Source: Acidimicrobiia bacterium
GTDB lineage: Bacteria; Actinomycetota; Acidimicrobiia; Spongiisociales; ZC4RG35
Direction: 5' to 3'
NCBI GenBank assembly: GCA_965215185.1
Contig: OZ244034.1
Location: 1,408,001-1,472,000 of the forward strand
Length of the DNA stretch: 64,000 nucleotides
Of the stretch, positions 9,274 to 20,000 are shown piece after piece. How positions within the stretch are numbered: position 1 is the first letter of the stretch; each line of letters starts with the position of its first letter. A program made the translations under genes and the position numbers. The notes under the pieces were generated by a model that made no database searches, was not told the origin of the DNA, and saw only the letters and a program-made list of their open reading frames with translations.

Positions 9274-11817
9274 ATGCTCCGCGCTGCGGTCAAAGCGATG
9301 TGGGGGCACAAGCTGCGGCTGACCCTCACCGCTTTATCAATCGTGCTGGGGGTGGCGTTCGTGGTGGGCAGTTTTGTGTTCACCGACACCATCCAAGACG
9401 GTTTCGACAAACTGTTCGGGGACGCCTACGCCGGCGTGGACGTACAGGTCGAGGCCGAGGTCTCCGATTTCGCCCAGCAGGGAGAAAATGTCCCCTCCTT
9501 TGACGAAGCAGTATTGGATCAAATCGCTTCTGTCCCCGGAGTGCAAGTGGCGGTGCCGTCGGTGAGAGGTTTCGCGCAACTGCTGGACTCCGAAGGCGAT
9601 CTTCTGGGCATCACCGGGCCCCCCAAATTCGCCTTCTCGTGGGTGGACTCCCCCACTGTTAACAGATTGACCATCCTGGAAGGCGATGGCCGACCGCCCG
9701 AGGGGCCGGGTGAGGTGGTGGTGGATCTCCAAACCGCAGAGGCTTTTGACATAGCCCTCGGCCAGGAGGTGGACGTGGCGTTCGAGGACGGCAAGGGCCG
9801 CTTTCAGGTGGTAGGTCTGGCCACTTCGGTGAGCCAGACCGACTTTGGCTCCAGTTCGCTCCTGCTATTCGAGCACCGAGAGACCCAACGCCTGTTGGGC
9901 TTGGAGGGGAACCTCACCGCCATCGTCGTCCAAGCCGAACAGGGTGTTTCCCCCGAGGCGCTGTTGGAGAGAATCGAGGCGGCACTTCCCGAGGGCTTGA
10001 CGGCGGCCACCGGTGAACAACTCGAGCAATCGGTAACGGAAGAACTGGAGACCGGTCTGGGGTTTTTCAACACCGCCCTCTTGGTGTTCGCGGCGGTGGC
10101 CGTACTGGTGGGCGCCTTCATCATCCAGAACACCTTCCGGATCATCGTCGCCCATCGGCTTCGGGAACTGGCGCTATTGCGGGCGATCGGGGCCACCTCC
10201 CGTCAGATAGTGCGGATGGTGGTTACCGAGGCGGCGTTGGTCGGGGTGATGGCGTCAGCATTGGGGGTGGGCGCCGGGGTGTTGCTGGCCTATGGCATGA
10301 GGGAAGCGCTGGGGCTGGTGGGATTCTCCTTCCCCCGCGGCGACCTGATGGTCCAATCACGCACCATCGTGCTGGGAATGGTGGTGGGGGTGGTGATCAC
10401 GGTGGCTTCGGCGCTGCTACCCGCCATTAAGGCCTCTTCCGTACCGCCAGTGGCCGCTCTACGAGCCGGCACCGGCCACACCAAACGCGCTTCGCTTCGC
10501 AACCGGGCCATCATCGGATCGTCGGTCACCGGACTGGGCATTGCCGGGCTGGTGGTGGGGCTGGTGTGGCTAGGAATTACCTACGTGGGCGCAGGCGCTC
10601 TGCTTCTGTTCCTGGGGGTGGCCATTCTGGCTCCGCTGGTGGCCCGCCCGGCAGGATCATTCTTGGGATGGCCCCTCCCCCGTCTGTTCGGTCTGCCCGG
10701 ACTGTTGGCCAAAGAAAACACCCGTCGTCAACCTCGCCGCACCGCCGCCACCGCCTCGGCGTTGATGATCGGAATCGCCCTGGTCTCTTTCGTGGCGGTG
10801 CTGTCCAGTTCCATTAGCGCCTCGGTGAAACAATCGCTGCTTGAGGCCTTCGCCGCCGATCTGACCATAACTTCGCTCAACTTCAACACCGGGGTGAGTT
10901 CCGAATTTATAGATGACATTTCCCAATTGGACGACCTGGCTGCCGTCTCACCGGTGAGAGTGAGCCAAGTGAGGATCACCACCGCCGACGAGTCACAGGA
11001 GGAGGTGACCACCATCGCCGCTATCGATCCCGCCACCGTTGAGCAGGTGTGGGCAACGGGCGCCGAACCGGGAATCGAAGCGGTGGTGGAAGGAATGATC
11101 GTGGAGACCAACCAGATGGAAGACCGCGGGTGGGCAGTGGGCGACACCCTCACCCTGGAATTTCCCACCGACGAGAGCACCGACCTGCAGATCACCGGGA
11201 CCCTGGCCTCGGAGGCGTTCGGGGGGATCCTCATCTCCGAAGAGCGATTCGTCAAGTATTACCCGGACACCGCACCCACCCTGGTGCTGGTGGCGGTCGG
11301 CGAAGGAATCGTACTGGAAGAAGCACAGCAACGGGTACAGGATCTGGCGGCCGACTATCCGCTGGTGCAGATCCAGACCAAGAGCGAATTCGCCGCCGAC
11401 TTCGAAAACCAGATCAACCAGTTGGTGGCGGTATTCAACGGGCTTCTGGCACTGGCCATCGTCATCGCCATCTTGGGTATCACCAACACCCTGGCGCTAT
11501 CCATCACCGAACGGATCCGAGAGATCGGGTTGTTGCGGGCGGTGGGGATGGTCCGCCGCCAGGTGCGCCGCATGGTCCGATGGGAAGCGGTGATCGTGGC
11601 GGTGTTCGGCGCCGTCCTGGGGGTGCTGCTGGGCGTCGTCCTAGGATGGGCAGTGCGACTCGCCCTCGCCGACGACGGTCTGGAAGTGTTCAGCCTTCCC
11701 ACAACCCAACTGCTCATCTACGTGGCTCTGGCCGGTGTAGCCGGAGTGCTAGCCGCCATCCTCCCCGCCCGGTCGGCCAGCCGCATCAAGATCTTGGACG
11801 CCATCGCCTACGAATAG
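9274..11817 (+). CDS. FtsX-like ABC permease with two permease repeats
   Basis: Two R.RE..LLRA.G motifs, about 10 TM segments, adjacent to the ATPase. Confidence 0.93.
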   Translation: MLRAAVKAMWGHKLRLTLTALSIVLGVAFVVGSFVFTDTIQDGFDKLFGDAYAGVDVQVEAEVSDFAQQGENVPSFDEAVLDQIASVPGVQVAVPSVRGFAQLLDSEGDLLGITGPPKFAFSWVDSPTVNRLTILEGDGRPPEGPGEVVVDLQTAEAFDIALGQEVDVAFEDGKGRFQVVGLATSVSQTDFGSSSLLLFEHRETQRLLGLEGNLTAIVVQAEQGVSPEALLERIEAALPEGLTAATGEQLEQSVTEELETGLGFFNTALLVFAAVAVLVGAFIIQNTFRIIVAHRLRELALLRAIGATSRQIVRMVVTEAALVGVMASALGVGAGVLLAYGMREALGLVGFSFPRGDLMVQSRTIVLGMVVGVVITVASALLPAIKASSVPPVAALRAGTGHTKRASLRNRAIIGSSVTGLGIAGLVVGLVWLGITYVGAGALLLFLGVAILAPLVARPAGSFLGWPLPRLFGLPGLLAKENTRRQPRRTAATASALMIGIALVSFVAVLSSSISASVKQSLLEAFAADLTITSLNFNTGVSSEFIDDISQLDDLAAVSPVRVSQVRITTADESQEEVTTIAAIDPATVEQVWATGAEPGIEAVVEGMIVETNQMEDRGWAVGDTLTLEFPTDESTDLQITGTLASEAFGGILISEERFVKYYPDTAPTLVLVAVGEGIVLEEAQQRVQDLAADYPLVQIQTKSEFAADFENQINQLVAVFNGLLALAIVIAILGITNTLALSITERIREIGLLRAVGMVRRQVRRMVRWEAVIVAVFGAVLGVLLGVVLGWAVRLALADDGLEVFSLPTTQLLIYVALAGVAGVLAAILPARSASRIKILDAIAYE

Positions 11818-11945
11818 GCAGCCTCAAACATACCTCCAGCGGCGGATATACCTTGGCGAGGAGTCGGCACGGGTTGGCGCCGTTGCGTTTCTCCGTGAGT
11901 CGCGCTAGCCCCGCCTTTGCCCACTGGCGGCCTATAGTGCACGAA

Positions 11946-12941
11946 ATGGAACAAATGCTTTTACGCCAACCACTGCCGCAACTCGACCTCGCCCTCACCC
12001 CCACCCCGCTTCATGAGTTCCCCCGATTGAGGGAAGCGTGGGGTGGTCCCCATATCTGGGTGAAGCGCGACGACCTGACCGGCTTCGGCCTGTCCGGCAA
12101 CAAGGTCCGAAAATTGGAGTTTCACCTGGCGGCGGCTCGCGAGGCGGGCACCGACACGGTGATCACATGCGGGGCGTTCCAGTCGAACCATTGCCGGGCT
12201 ACAGCACTGGCTTGCGCCCGGCTCGGTTTCGATGTGCGGTTGGTGCTTCGCACCCCCGACGGAAAGAAACCGACCACGACGGTGGCCAATCTGATCATCA
12301 ACATGCTGGCCGGGGCCACTATCCGTTACATATCACAGGAAGAGTGGAAGGACCGGGATGCCATCATGGCCGATGAAGCGGCCAAGTTGGCCGCCGAGGG
12401 CCGCACGGCGTTTGTGATTCCCCAGGGGGCGTCCGACAGGCTGGGGATGTGGGGGATGTCGCTGGGCTTTCAGGAGTTGGTAGAGCAGATTCCCCGAGAG
12501 ATCGGCGCCGAGGTCGCTGAGGTGTGGCACACCGGCTCTTCGGGAGGCACTACCTCCGGCTTCGGCTGGGCGGCGGACCGGACCGGTTTCCAGACCCCGC
12601 TGGTAGCTCTCTGCATATCGGAGCCGGCCGACTCCTTAGAGGCGCGTGTGCAGCAAATTTGGAAATCCGGGGTCGAAGCCTTCGGAGGGGAGATGCCGTC
12701 ACCACGCCTCGAGTACATAGACCGCTACCTGAGCGGTGGATATGCCATGGCCAGCGACGAACAGCTTGAGGTACAGGCCGAGGCCACCCGGCTCACCGGT
12801 TTGCTGTTCGACTCTACGTACACCGGAAAGGCGATCTATGGCTTGCGGAAGGAGATCGCCGCGGGCCGATTCGAAGACGACGACCATCTTGTCTTCTGGC
12901 ACACCGGAGGAGGATTCGGCGCCTTGGTCGACCTGGGTTAG
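11946..12941 (+). CDS. D-cysteine desulfhydrase / ACC deaminase family PLP enzyme
   Basis: KRDDLTG..GNKVRKLEF, QSNHCR, YTGKA, FWHTGG. Confidence 0.92.
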   Translation: MEQMLLRQPLPQLDLALTPTPLHEFPRLREAWGGPHIWVKRDDLTGFGLSGNKVRKLEFHLAAAREAGTDTVITCGAFQSNHCRATALACARLGFDVRLVLRTPDGKKPTTTVANLIINMLAGATIRYISQEEWKDRDAIMADEAAKLAAEGRTAFVIPQGASDRLGMWGMSLGFQELVEQIPREIGAEVAEVWHTGSSGGTTSGFGWAADRTGFQTPLVALCISEPADSLEARVQQIWKSGVEAFGGEMPSPRLEYIDRYLSGGYAMASDEQLEVQAEATRLTGLLFDSTYTGKAIYGLRKEIAAGRFEDDDHLVFWHTGGGFGALVDLG

Positions 12942-13003
12942 TGGAACAAAACCAGGGAATTCCCGGTGCCCAGAGGTGCACCGTTGCCTGCCTCATCATG
13001 GGG

Positions 13004-13554
13004 TCAAGTCTCTTTGAGCATCTCGGCGTAACAAGCGGACCGCTCGGTCGGTGTCCATAGCGAGCAGTCGGCACACTTGGCGCCGTTGCTGACCTCGGTC
13101 TGGTAATAGAGGCAGCAGGCCTTGCGCCCCCACACCCATCGCAGATCCTCGCCGATCCGGACGACCCGACCCGACCGGCGTAGACCGCCGCGCGCGGTGG
13201 CGAAGAAACCCTCGACAAGGCGGCTGATCCGTTCGGCATCGTCTGAGAGCGGCCCAACGAAGGCGCCGAAGGATGCGGCACACGACGACCCGACATTTCC
13301 CCACAGCAACGCCTCACCGATGAGCATCGACCGGTGAACGGCATCGACGAACGAAGCCAGGTGCTCATCGATCAGCACACGATGGAGCACGGCCAAGTCA
13401 CCGTCGGCCTCCACCAACTCCGCGCTGTCCAGTCGGACGGCGTTGAGGCGATGCTGGTCCAAAGCGATCGCCGTGGTCTCCGGGCGGACCGAAAGCACAT
13501 CGCCCGATAGCACAAACGACCCGATAGCAACCGAAGCGATCCGATAGACGTACC
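13004..13554 (-). pseudogene. FhuF-like (2Fe-2S) ferric reductase, 3' part separated by insertion
   Basis: LLWGNV and C-terminal RKACCLYYQ...CADC motif; joins in frame to 15286-15493. Confidence 0.85.
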
Positions 13555-13627
13555 GTTCCTTTTTGGATAGATGATTGTTCCTATCCCGGCGTCCCGAACG
13601 ATCTTGAACGCCTGTGCAACTCACTAA

Positions 13628-15202
13628 TCAGGGTTCCGTCCCGACGGTCGTAACACCCACAGAATGTGAGCGCTCGCGCCGGTCGTTGTCTGATGTGTGC
13701 GCCATGCCAGTTGCATTAGCGGTCTGCTGGACAGTTGCTTTCCCGTACCGATCCTCCGGTAGGCAAGGGCTCTGACTGCTTTTGCGCTTCTCGCTATATC
13801 CCTGGCTTCTTCTGCCGATCACCACTGCGGCCGCCTGGTGGCGGTCGCCGCGTTGTCGGCGAGATCTGTCTAAAGGCTTCTTCCAGTATCTGGCTCCCCA
13901 GATACTGGTGTAGGCCGGATCCACCGCTATCACGGTCATACCGTTGCGGTAGGCCGCAGAGGCAATGGTGTGGACGAACTTGGCGGTGGGTAAACCGCAC
14001 ACCTTGCGGCGGGTGGTCTTGCCTGCCTTGCCTCTGCGTCCTCTTTGTCTGGTGCGAATGTCGGTGAAGTTGAGTTTCTCGATAGCTATTACCGTCACAC
14101 CCTGGCGTTGTGCCCACTTGACGAGTTGGCTCACCGTTTCCCTAAGCGCACCGAGACGGTGCGCCGAAGAACCCCTCTCAGGGATGTTCTTTCTGATAGG
14201 CCTGCCTACCGGGTTACCGTGAACATCCAAAATCCGTGCGTCCACATGTCCCGAGTTGAGATCTATCGCCAGACACCTGCCTAACTTAGCGGCCTCTTTG
14301 ACTCCGCGTTTCTCCTTGGGTGGCTGAGACCACGACGCGGTGATGTACCAGCGCTCTCTATCCGCATCAAAGCGGATGGAGTATCCGACCGCCCGGTCTG
14401 CGCTGGCCTGCGCTTCCCACTCGCCAGCGAGGTGATGCCACTGCACCGGATTGGAAAGCCAGTAGGTAGGTGTCCTGCCCGGCGTGTTGGACAGATAAGC
14501 AAGGGGCGAAGGTAGGCGGATAGTCACGGTGTATTCATCGTTGCCGTGAGGGGCCACCCTGATGGTCTCGTTACCGAACGCCTTACCCGCCTCGCCGTCT
14601 GCGGAGATGAACATCCGCTTGGTGTCCCAGTGGTAGCGCCACTCCTCCAAGGTGAGTCCTGCTTCTTTCAGGTTGTGGCGATTGAAAGCCAGGCGGTTGC
14701 CGCCCAAGACTATGGAGAGACGGCCCTCCGCCAGGCGCTGTTCGGTGTCGGACAACCTGGCAGCGAGCTTCTGGCGGCGGCGCTGCTTCTGGTAACGCTC
14801 GGAACGAGTCGCGTATCCTCGCTTCTTCTTCTTTCCCTTGCCGACCGGCAAAGCGAGGCGGCGATCCAACTCGGCCAACTCCTTACGATCCCGATACTCC
14901 AAGTCTTCCAGGTTGAGTAGTTCTCTTTCCCACATGTCATCGGTAGTGCGGGTAATGGCACCCGCCCAGCGGGAAGAACAATGTGGAGTCAGGGAGCGTT
15001 TGCGATTGGCGCGCCCCAGGTGCTTGTCACCCGCTCCGAGGCGACACCGGGTTGCCAGGTCGGAACGCAACAGACCACCCAGGTGGTCACCTATCTCTCG
15101 CAACACTGTCTCGTCGGAGTCCGATGGGAACAGACGAGTTCTGGCGCTCACCGCCCGCGGGGGCCCTACCACAAAAGGATCGATCAGAGCACGCCTGGTC
15201 AC
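13628..15202 (-). CDS. tnpB: TnpB-related RuvC nuclease, 524 aa, without Zn-ribbon
   Basis: RuvC-I LAIDLN, RuvC-II IAIEKLNF, VDPAYTS, RuvC-III DRHQAAA; N-terminal SSRWAGAITR typical of actinobacterial large TnpB-like proteins. Confidence 0.88.
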   Translation of the reverse strand: MTRRALIDPFVVGPPRAVSARTRLFPSDSDETVLREIGDHLGGLLRSDLATRCRLGAGDKHLGRANRKRSLTPHCSSRWAGAITRTTDDMWERELLNLEDLEYRDRKELAELDRRLALPVGKGKKKKRGYATRSERYQKQRRRQKLAARLSDTEQRLAEGRLSIVLGGNRLAFNRHNLKEAGLTLEEWRYHWDTKRMFISADGEAGKAFGNETIRVAPHGNDEYTVTIRLPSPLAYLSNTPGRTPTYWLSNPVQWHHLAGEWEAQASADRAVGYSIRFDADRERWYITASWSQPPKEKRGVKEAAKLGRCLAIDLNSGHVDARILDVHGNPVGRPIRKNIPERGSSAHRLGALRETVSQLVKWAQRQGVTVIAIEKLNFTDIRTRQRGRRGKAGKTTRRKVCGLPTAKFVHTIASAAYRNGMTVIAVDPAYTSIWGARYWKKPLDRSRRQRGDRHQAAAVVIGRRSQGYSEKRKSSQSPCLPEDRYGKATVQQTANATGMAHTSDNDRRERSHSVGVTTVGTEP

Positions 15203-15255
15203 AACGACACTCGCATCATGGTCTGCTGCAAAAAGGTTCCGCAGCCATCAACAAC

Positions 15256-15283
15256 AGTCTACTGAAACGGGAACAGTTGGCAA
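15256..15283 (-). promoter_or_regulatory. putative element-borne promoter TTGCCA-N16-TAGACT
   Basis: -35 starts at the first bases of the element end and points into tnpB. Confidence 0.55.
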
Positions 15284-15285
15284 CC

Positions 15286-15493
15286 CCTGGACAAAAAGCG
15301 ACATTGCCACCATGTCGTCGTCGGTGCCCCAGCCTGCGGCAGTTGACCGCCCGACTTCCAGCAGCCGCGGCGGGTGGGCGACCAGATCGTCGCAAGGCAA
15401 CCACTGCAGACCTTCGCTTGCGTCCACCGTGATCTGCAGGTAATCGATGGTCGACAACAGCTCTTCCACGACCTTCCGCCCCCGGTCTTCCAT
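15286..15493 (-). pseudogene. FhuF-like gene, 5' part
   Basis: MEDRGRK...MVAMSLFVQG with GAAGGAG RBS; continues in frame at 13554 (rebuilt protein 252 aa). Confidence 0.8.
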
Positions 15494-15571
15494 GTCGCTC
15501 CCTTCAGTACTGCTGTGGACGCCTTGGCCATCCCGAAGATACAGGTTGGAAACGGAACCTTGTTTTTACTT

Positions 15572-15595
15572 GTAATCGAACATATGTTCGATTAC
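15572..15595. promoter_or_regulatory. LexA (SOS) box inside a perfect 24-bp palindrome
   Basis: GTAATCGAACATATGTTCGATTAC contains TCGAAC-N4-GTTCGA, 45 bp upstream of imuB. Confidence 0.93.
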
Positions 15596-15639
15596 TCTAT
15601 ACGGATTCCCAAGCGGGGGAAGAAACCGAAGGAGGTGCA

Positions 15640-17085
15640 ATGCGGATTGCCTGTCTGCTCGTCTCTCATCTGAGAGCCAAGTCTGAGATGCGCCGCGACG
15701 CGCATCTGAAAAACCAACCGGCAGTGATCATCGATCAGACCGGACCCATCCCCCGGGTGGTAGATCACACTCCCCAAGCCTTTCAGGTGAACGCTGGAAT
15801 GCCATTGGAGCAGGCCATATCCCGCCATGAGAACACCCTCGTCCTAGAGGCGGACGAGCCCTATTACCAGAAAGTGTTTGACGATGTGCTCAAGTCCCTG
15901 GCGGACGTGAGCCAACGTGTGGAGGGTCTGGAACTTGGCACGGCTTATGTGCGCCTTGACGGTTCGAGAGCTCTGTACGGCGGCGAGGACCGTTTGGTGT
16001 ACACCCTCTTGGGAGTCATCCCTCACGATTTGGAACCGGCGGTGGGAGTGGGTGACGCCAAATTCCCCGCCTTCGTAGCAGCGCGGACCGGAAAGGCGCT
16101 GGAAGTGACCTGGGTCCCTTCCAATACCACTCGCTTCCTCTCCTCCCATTCCATCGACCTTCTTCCCCTCTCGGCGGAGATCAAAACAAGCCTGCGCCTG
16201 TTTGGCCTGCACACCATGGGAGAAGTCGCCAAGCTGCCCAAAGGGCTCCTCACCGATCAGTTCGGCTGGGAAGGATGGCAAGCGTGGTCTCTCTGCAACG
16301 GAGTAGACGAGCGTCCCCTGATTCCCATGGAAGCGACAGCGACCATCGTCGAACATACCTCTTTTCCTGACCATGCGGCCTCTTTGGAACTCTTTTTGGT
16401 AACAGTGGACATCCTTTTGAAGAAGGCCTTTCACCGGCCGGGCATGTTGGGAAGACAGGCAACCGGCGTGACCTTGGAATGCACTGCGGAGGGCGCCCCG
16501 TCATGGAAACAGTCGTTCCATTTCAAGCGGGGTATCCACAGGTGGGAGGAAGCCTTTTCGATCATCAGAAACCAACTGAAGATGAACCCTCCCCGGATCC
16601 CCATCGAAGAGATCCGATTGACCCTGACCAATCTCAGCGGAGCGTCAGGCGTGCAGTTGGGGCTCTGGGCGGATCCCAAGAAAATCAAGTGGCGACGGAT
16701 CAGGGAAGTGGAGAAACAACTTCAGGCCCGAATGCGAGGAGACCACATCCTGCACCGGGTGGTACAGGTGGCTCCCTGGCATCCGGCGCCGGAGATGCGG
16801 GCCTTCCAGGTTCCGATTGATCGATCGGGAAGTTACCCCATCAAACCCGTCGTGACGCCCACCCGGGTACCCGTCCAGGAAGGCGCTCATCACCAACCGA
16901 CGGCCGTGCTATTGGGAGACCGATGGCATCAAGTGAACCGAGTGGCCGATCTTTGGACGTTCGACCTGTGGTGGTTGCCGAAACCGATCACCCGCACCTA
17001 TTACCGGCTGAGCGGAGATGACGGGCGGCAGATCACCCTTTTCTATGACCAGAGAGGGAACCACTGGTACAGGCAGAGTGGATAA
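15640..17085 (+). CDS. imuB: ImuB-like Y-family polymerase homolog with C-terminal DUF6504-like domain
   Basis: GMPL.QA, G+GDAKF.A, L..FGL.T.G Y-family pattern without catalytic DE; C-terminal W...WW....R.YY; SOS box upstream, dnaE2 downstream. Confidence 0.85.
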   Translation: MRIACLLVSHLRAKSEMRRDAHLKNQPAVIIDQTGPIPRVVDHTPQAFQVNAGMPLEQAISRHENTLVLEADEPYYQKVFDDVLKSLADVSQRVEGLELGTAYVRLDGSRALYGGEDRLVYTLLGVIPHDLEPAVGVGDAKFPAFVAARTGKALEVTWVPSNTTRFLSSHSIDLLPLSAEIKTSLRLFGLHTMGEVAKLPKGLLTDQFGWEGWQAWSLCNGVDERPLIPMEATATIVEHTSFPDHAASLELFLVTVDILLKKAFHRPGMLGRQATGVTLECTAEGAPSWKQSFHFKRGIHRWEEAFSIIRNQLKMNPPRIPIEEIRLTLTNLSGASGVQLGLWADPKKIKWRRIREVEKQLQARMRGDHILHRVVQVAPWHPAPEMRAFQVPIDRSGSYPIKPVVTPTRVPVQEGAHHQPTAVLLGDRWHQVNRVADLWTFDLWWLPKPITRTYYRLSGDDGRQITLFYDQRGNHWYRQSG

Positions 17086-17098
17086 ACAGGAGGGATGT

Positions 17099-20000
17099 GT
17101 GTCTTCGAGCTATGTGGAACTTCACGCAAAAAGCTTCTACTCCTTCGGGATAGGGGCATCGCACGTCCACGAACTCCTCGCCCGAGCCAAGCAGTGCGGC
17201 TACTCAGCCATGGCTCTGACCGACACCAACCTGTGCGGCGCTTTGGAGTTCGCCCGCCTGGCCAACAGCTTGGGCATACAACCCATAACCGGCGGAGAGT
17301 TGACCCTGGAAGACGACACGCGATTGACCCTTTTGGCCCGCACCCGAAAAGGGTATGCCAATCTCTCTCGGCTGTTCACCCTGGCCAATAGCACCGACCG
17401 CCAGAACCCCCGGCTCGATCCCAAGCATCTGCCGACGTACTCGCAGGGACTGATCCTTCTCACCGGAGGGCGCCAAAGCCGCCTCTCTCAACTGACTCTG
17501 TCCGGCCGGTTTCAGCAGGCCCGGGAGCTTCTCCATGGCTATCGGGAGTGGTTCGGCTCAGACCGGGTGTATGTGGAGCTTCAACAGAACCTCTTGCAAG
17601 GTGACACCCGGCGCAACCGGGAACTGTCATCTCTGGCGCACACCATGGGCGTGCCGTTGGTGGCCACCAACGATGTCCACTACCACTCGCCGAAGCGATA
17701 CCGGCTGCAGAACGCGCTGGTGGCCGCCCAACACAACATCACCATGGACGAGGCTCTGCAATTCATCAGACCCAACCCTCACCTCTCTCTGAAGTCTCCA
17801 CAACAGATGAAGCGGCTGTTCCGCCTTTACCCCGAGGCGGTCTCCAACACTGCGACAATCGCCGATCAATGTTCTTTCGATCTCAGTACCGATCTTGGAT
17901 ACAACCTCCCCGAACCGCAAGTGCCGGAAGGGCATACTCCCGACAGCTACCTTCGCGAGCTCTGTCACCAAGCCGCTATCCGGCGCTACGGAGCCATGTC
18001 TCCACCCATCGCAGAACGCTTGGCAGAAGAGTTCCGACTGATACAAATACACCGTCTGGCCGGCTTCCTACTGCTGTATCGGCAGATCGCGCAGATCGCG
18101 CAGAAGATCATGGAAGAAGAGGGTTTGGTGCGTCCTGGCACGCCGCTGGAAAAGCAGCCGCCGGGAAGAGGGCGAGGCTCATCGGTGGCCCTTTTGGTGG
18201 GATATCTGATCGGCATCAGTCATGTTGATCCTCTGAAGTGGAACCTCACTCTGGAACGGTTCATCTCAGAGGACACGAGCCTGCTTCCCGACATCGACCT
18301 CGACTTTCCCCGCCATCTCAGAGACAAGCTCATCGAGCGGATCCATCAGCACTTCGGCGCCGAATACGCAGTACTCACCGGCGCCATCTCCACCTACACG
18401 GTGAAAGGGATCATTCAGGATCTGGGCAAAGCGTTCGGACTGCCCAACCAGGACCTGAGACTTCTATCCAAACAGATCCACTCCCATGACGCGGCGGACC
18501 TCAAAGGAGAGATGTTGGAACTGCCCGCTTTCCGGGACCGGGTGGACGCTTACGGGTGGAAGAACCTGATCGAGATTGCCCCCCAACTGATGGGGGCGCC
18601 CAAACACCTCAGCCAACACGTGGGAGGCATGATTCTCAGCAGCACCCCCATACCGGAGATGGTTCCCATTCGAAAAGGCGCCATCGAAGGGCGTTTCATC
18701 ATGGATTGGAACAAGGACAATGTCGCCGACGCCAACTTCGCCAAGATCGACCTCCTCTCTCTGCCGGCGCTCGACCAACTTCACGAGGCTTTCGATCTGA
18801 TCGAGGAAAGGGAGGGCACAAGACCCGATCTGAGCCGCCTCGACCCCGAAGATCCCCAGGTTTACGGGATGATCACCGAAGGCCGATCCAAAGGGGTCTT
18901 TTTGCTCCAGTCGCCCGCCCAGTTGAAGATGGGACGCCGCCTTCGGCCCAAGAACCTCCTCGATCTTGCCTATCAGGTGGCGCTGATTCGTCCGGGGGTC
19001 GGCGTGCAGGGAAGCGCGGTCTCGCTGTTCGTGGACAGATACCGCCACGGCGCATCCTGGGAGTATGACCATCCCTTGGAAAAACGGGCTCTGGAGCGTG
19101 GATGTGGGGTCATCGTATGGCAGGAGCAAGTGGTCCAGCTCATCATGGATGTGGCGGGAATGACCGCCGCTCAGGCCGATGAGATACGAAGATCCTTCGC
19201 TCGCTCCAACAACCAGCACCTGATCGCCATGCACTGGAAAGAATTCCTGAAAGGCGCCCAGCGCCAGGGTGTTTCCAAGCAAACCGCGCGGAAGATCTTT
19301 TCCAAGATCAACGGTCACTACATGTTCCCAGAATCCCACTCGCATGCCTTTGCCATCACTGCCTACCAGGTGGCTTGGCTCAAGCGCTACCACCCTTTGG
19401 AATTCTTCACGACTCTCATCAACAACCAGCCCATGGGCTTCTACCCGCTGGAAACCCTCAAACAAGACGCCAAAAGCTTCGGCGTGCCGTTTCTGCATCC
19501 ATGCATCAACCGAAGCGGCGTCAAATGCGTTCCCGAAGACGGCGCTGTGCGGCTAGGTCTGGGCATCGTCAAAGATGTGGGAAACCGGTCCGCAGAAGCA
19601 ATCGTTGAAGAGCGCGAACGCAACGGTCCCTATTCGGGCGCTGGAGACCTGGTACAACGCACCGGCCTGAAACCTCAGGCCGTGATCTCTTTGGTGATGG
19701 CGGGAGCTGTAGACGGTATGGTGCCCAACCGCCGGGCCGCTATCTGGGACGCGGGGCTTTCTATCCGCCCCTCTCGCAACGGACAGAGGGTCATGGACAC
19801 GACCAGAGGAATCAAAAAACCCGATCTAGCCGATTTCACCGACTACCAGAAAATGGCGAGCGCTTATGAGGTGATGGCCATCTTTCCGGGAGGCCACCTC
19901 ATGGAATATCTGCGGGAAAGCCTCGGCTCAGACGTGCTGACCACCGCCGAGGTGGAGAACTGCGCCGAAGAGGAAGATGTCCTGGTGGCGGGCTGGCCCA

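Larger units (their letters stand above)
13555..15285 (-). mobile_element. non-autonomous IS607-like element (1731 bp) carrying only a TnpB-like gene
   Basis: GGT shared at both junctions; removal restores ...GTC CAG GGG TAC GTC TAT (VQGYVY) of the host gene; no terminal IRs, no transposase. Confidence 0.85.

Noticed and set aside
11049-11945. 630-aa N-terminally extended desulfhydrase ORF
   Set aside because: Extension overlaps the permease in a shadow frame; homology starts near 11946
13628-15202. Cas12 effector
   Set aside because: No CRISPR repeats or cas1/cas2 nearby; clear insertion-element boundaries
13555-15285. IStron (group I intron-IS607 chimera) explaining the in-frame insertion
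   Set aside because: Only ~80 bp of noncoding left end, too short for a group I core; no P7-like motifs recognised
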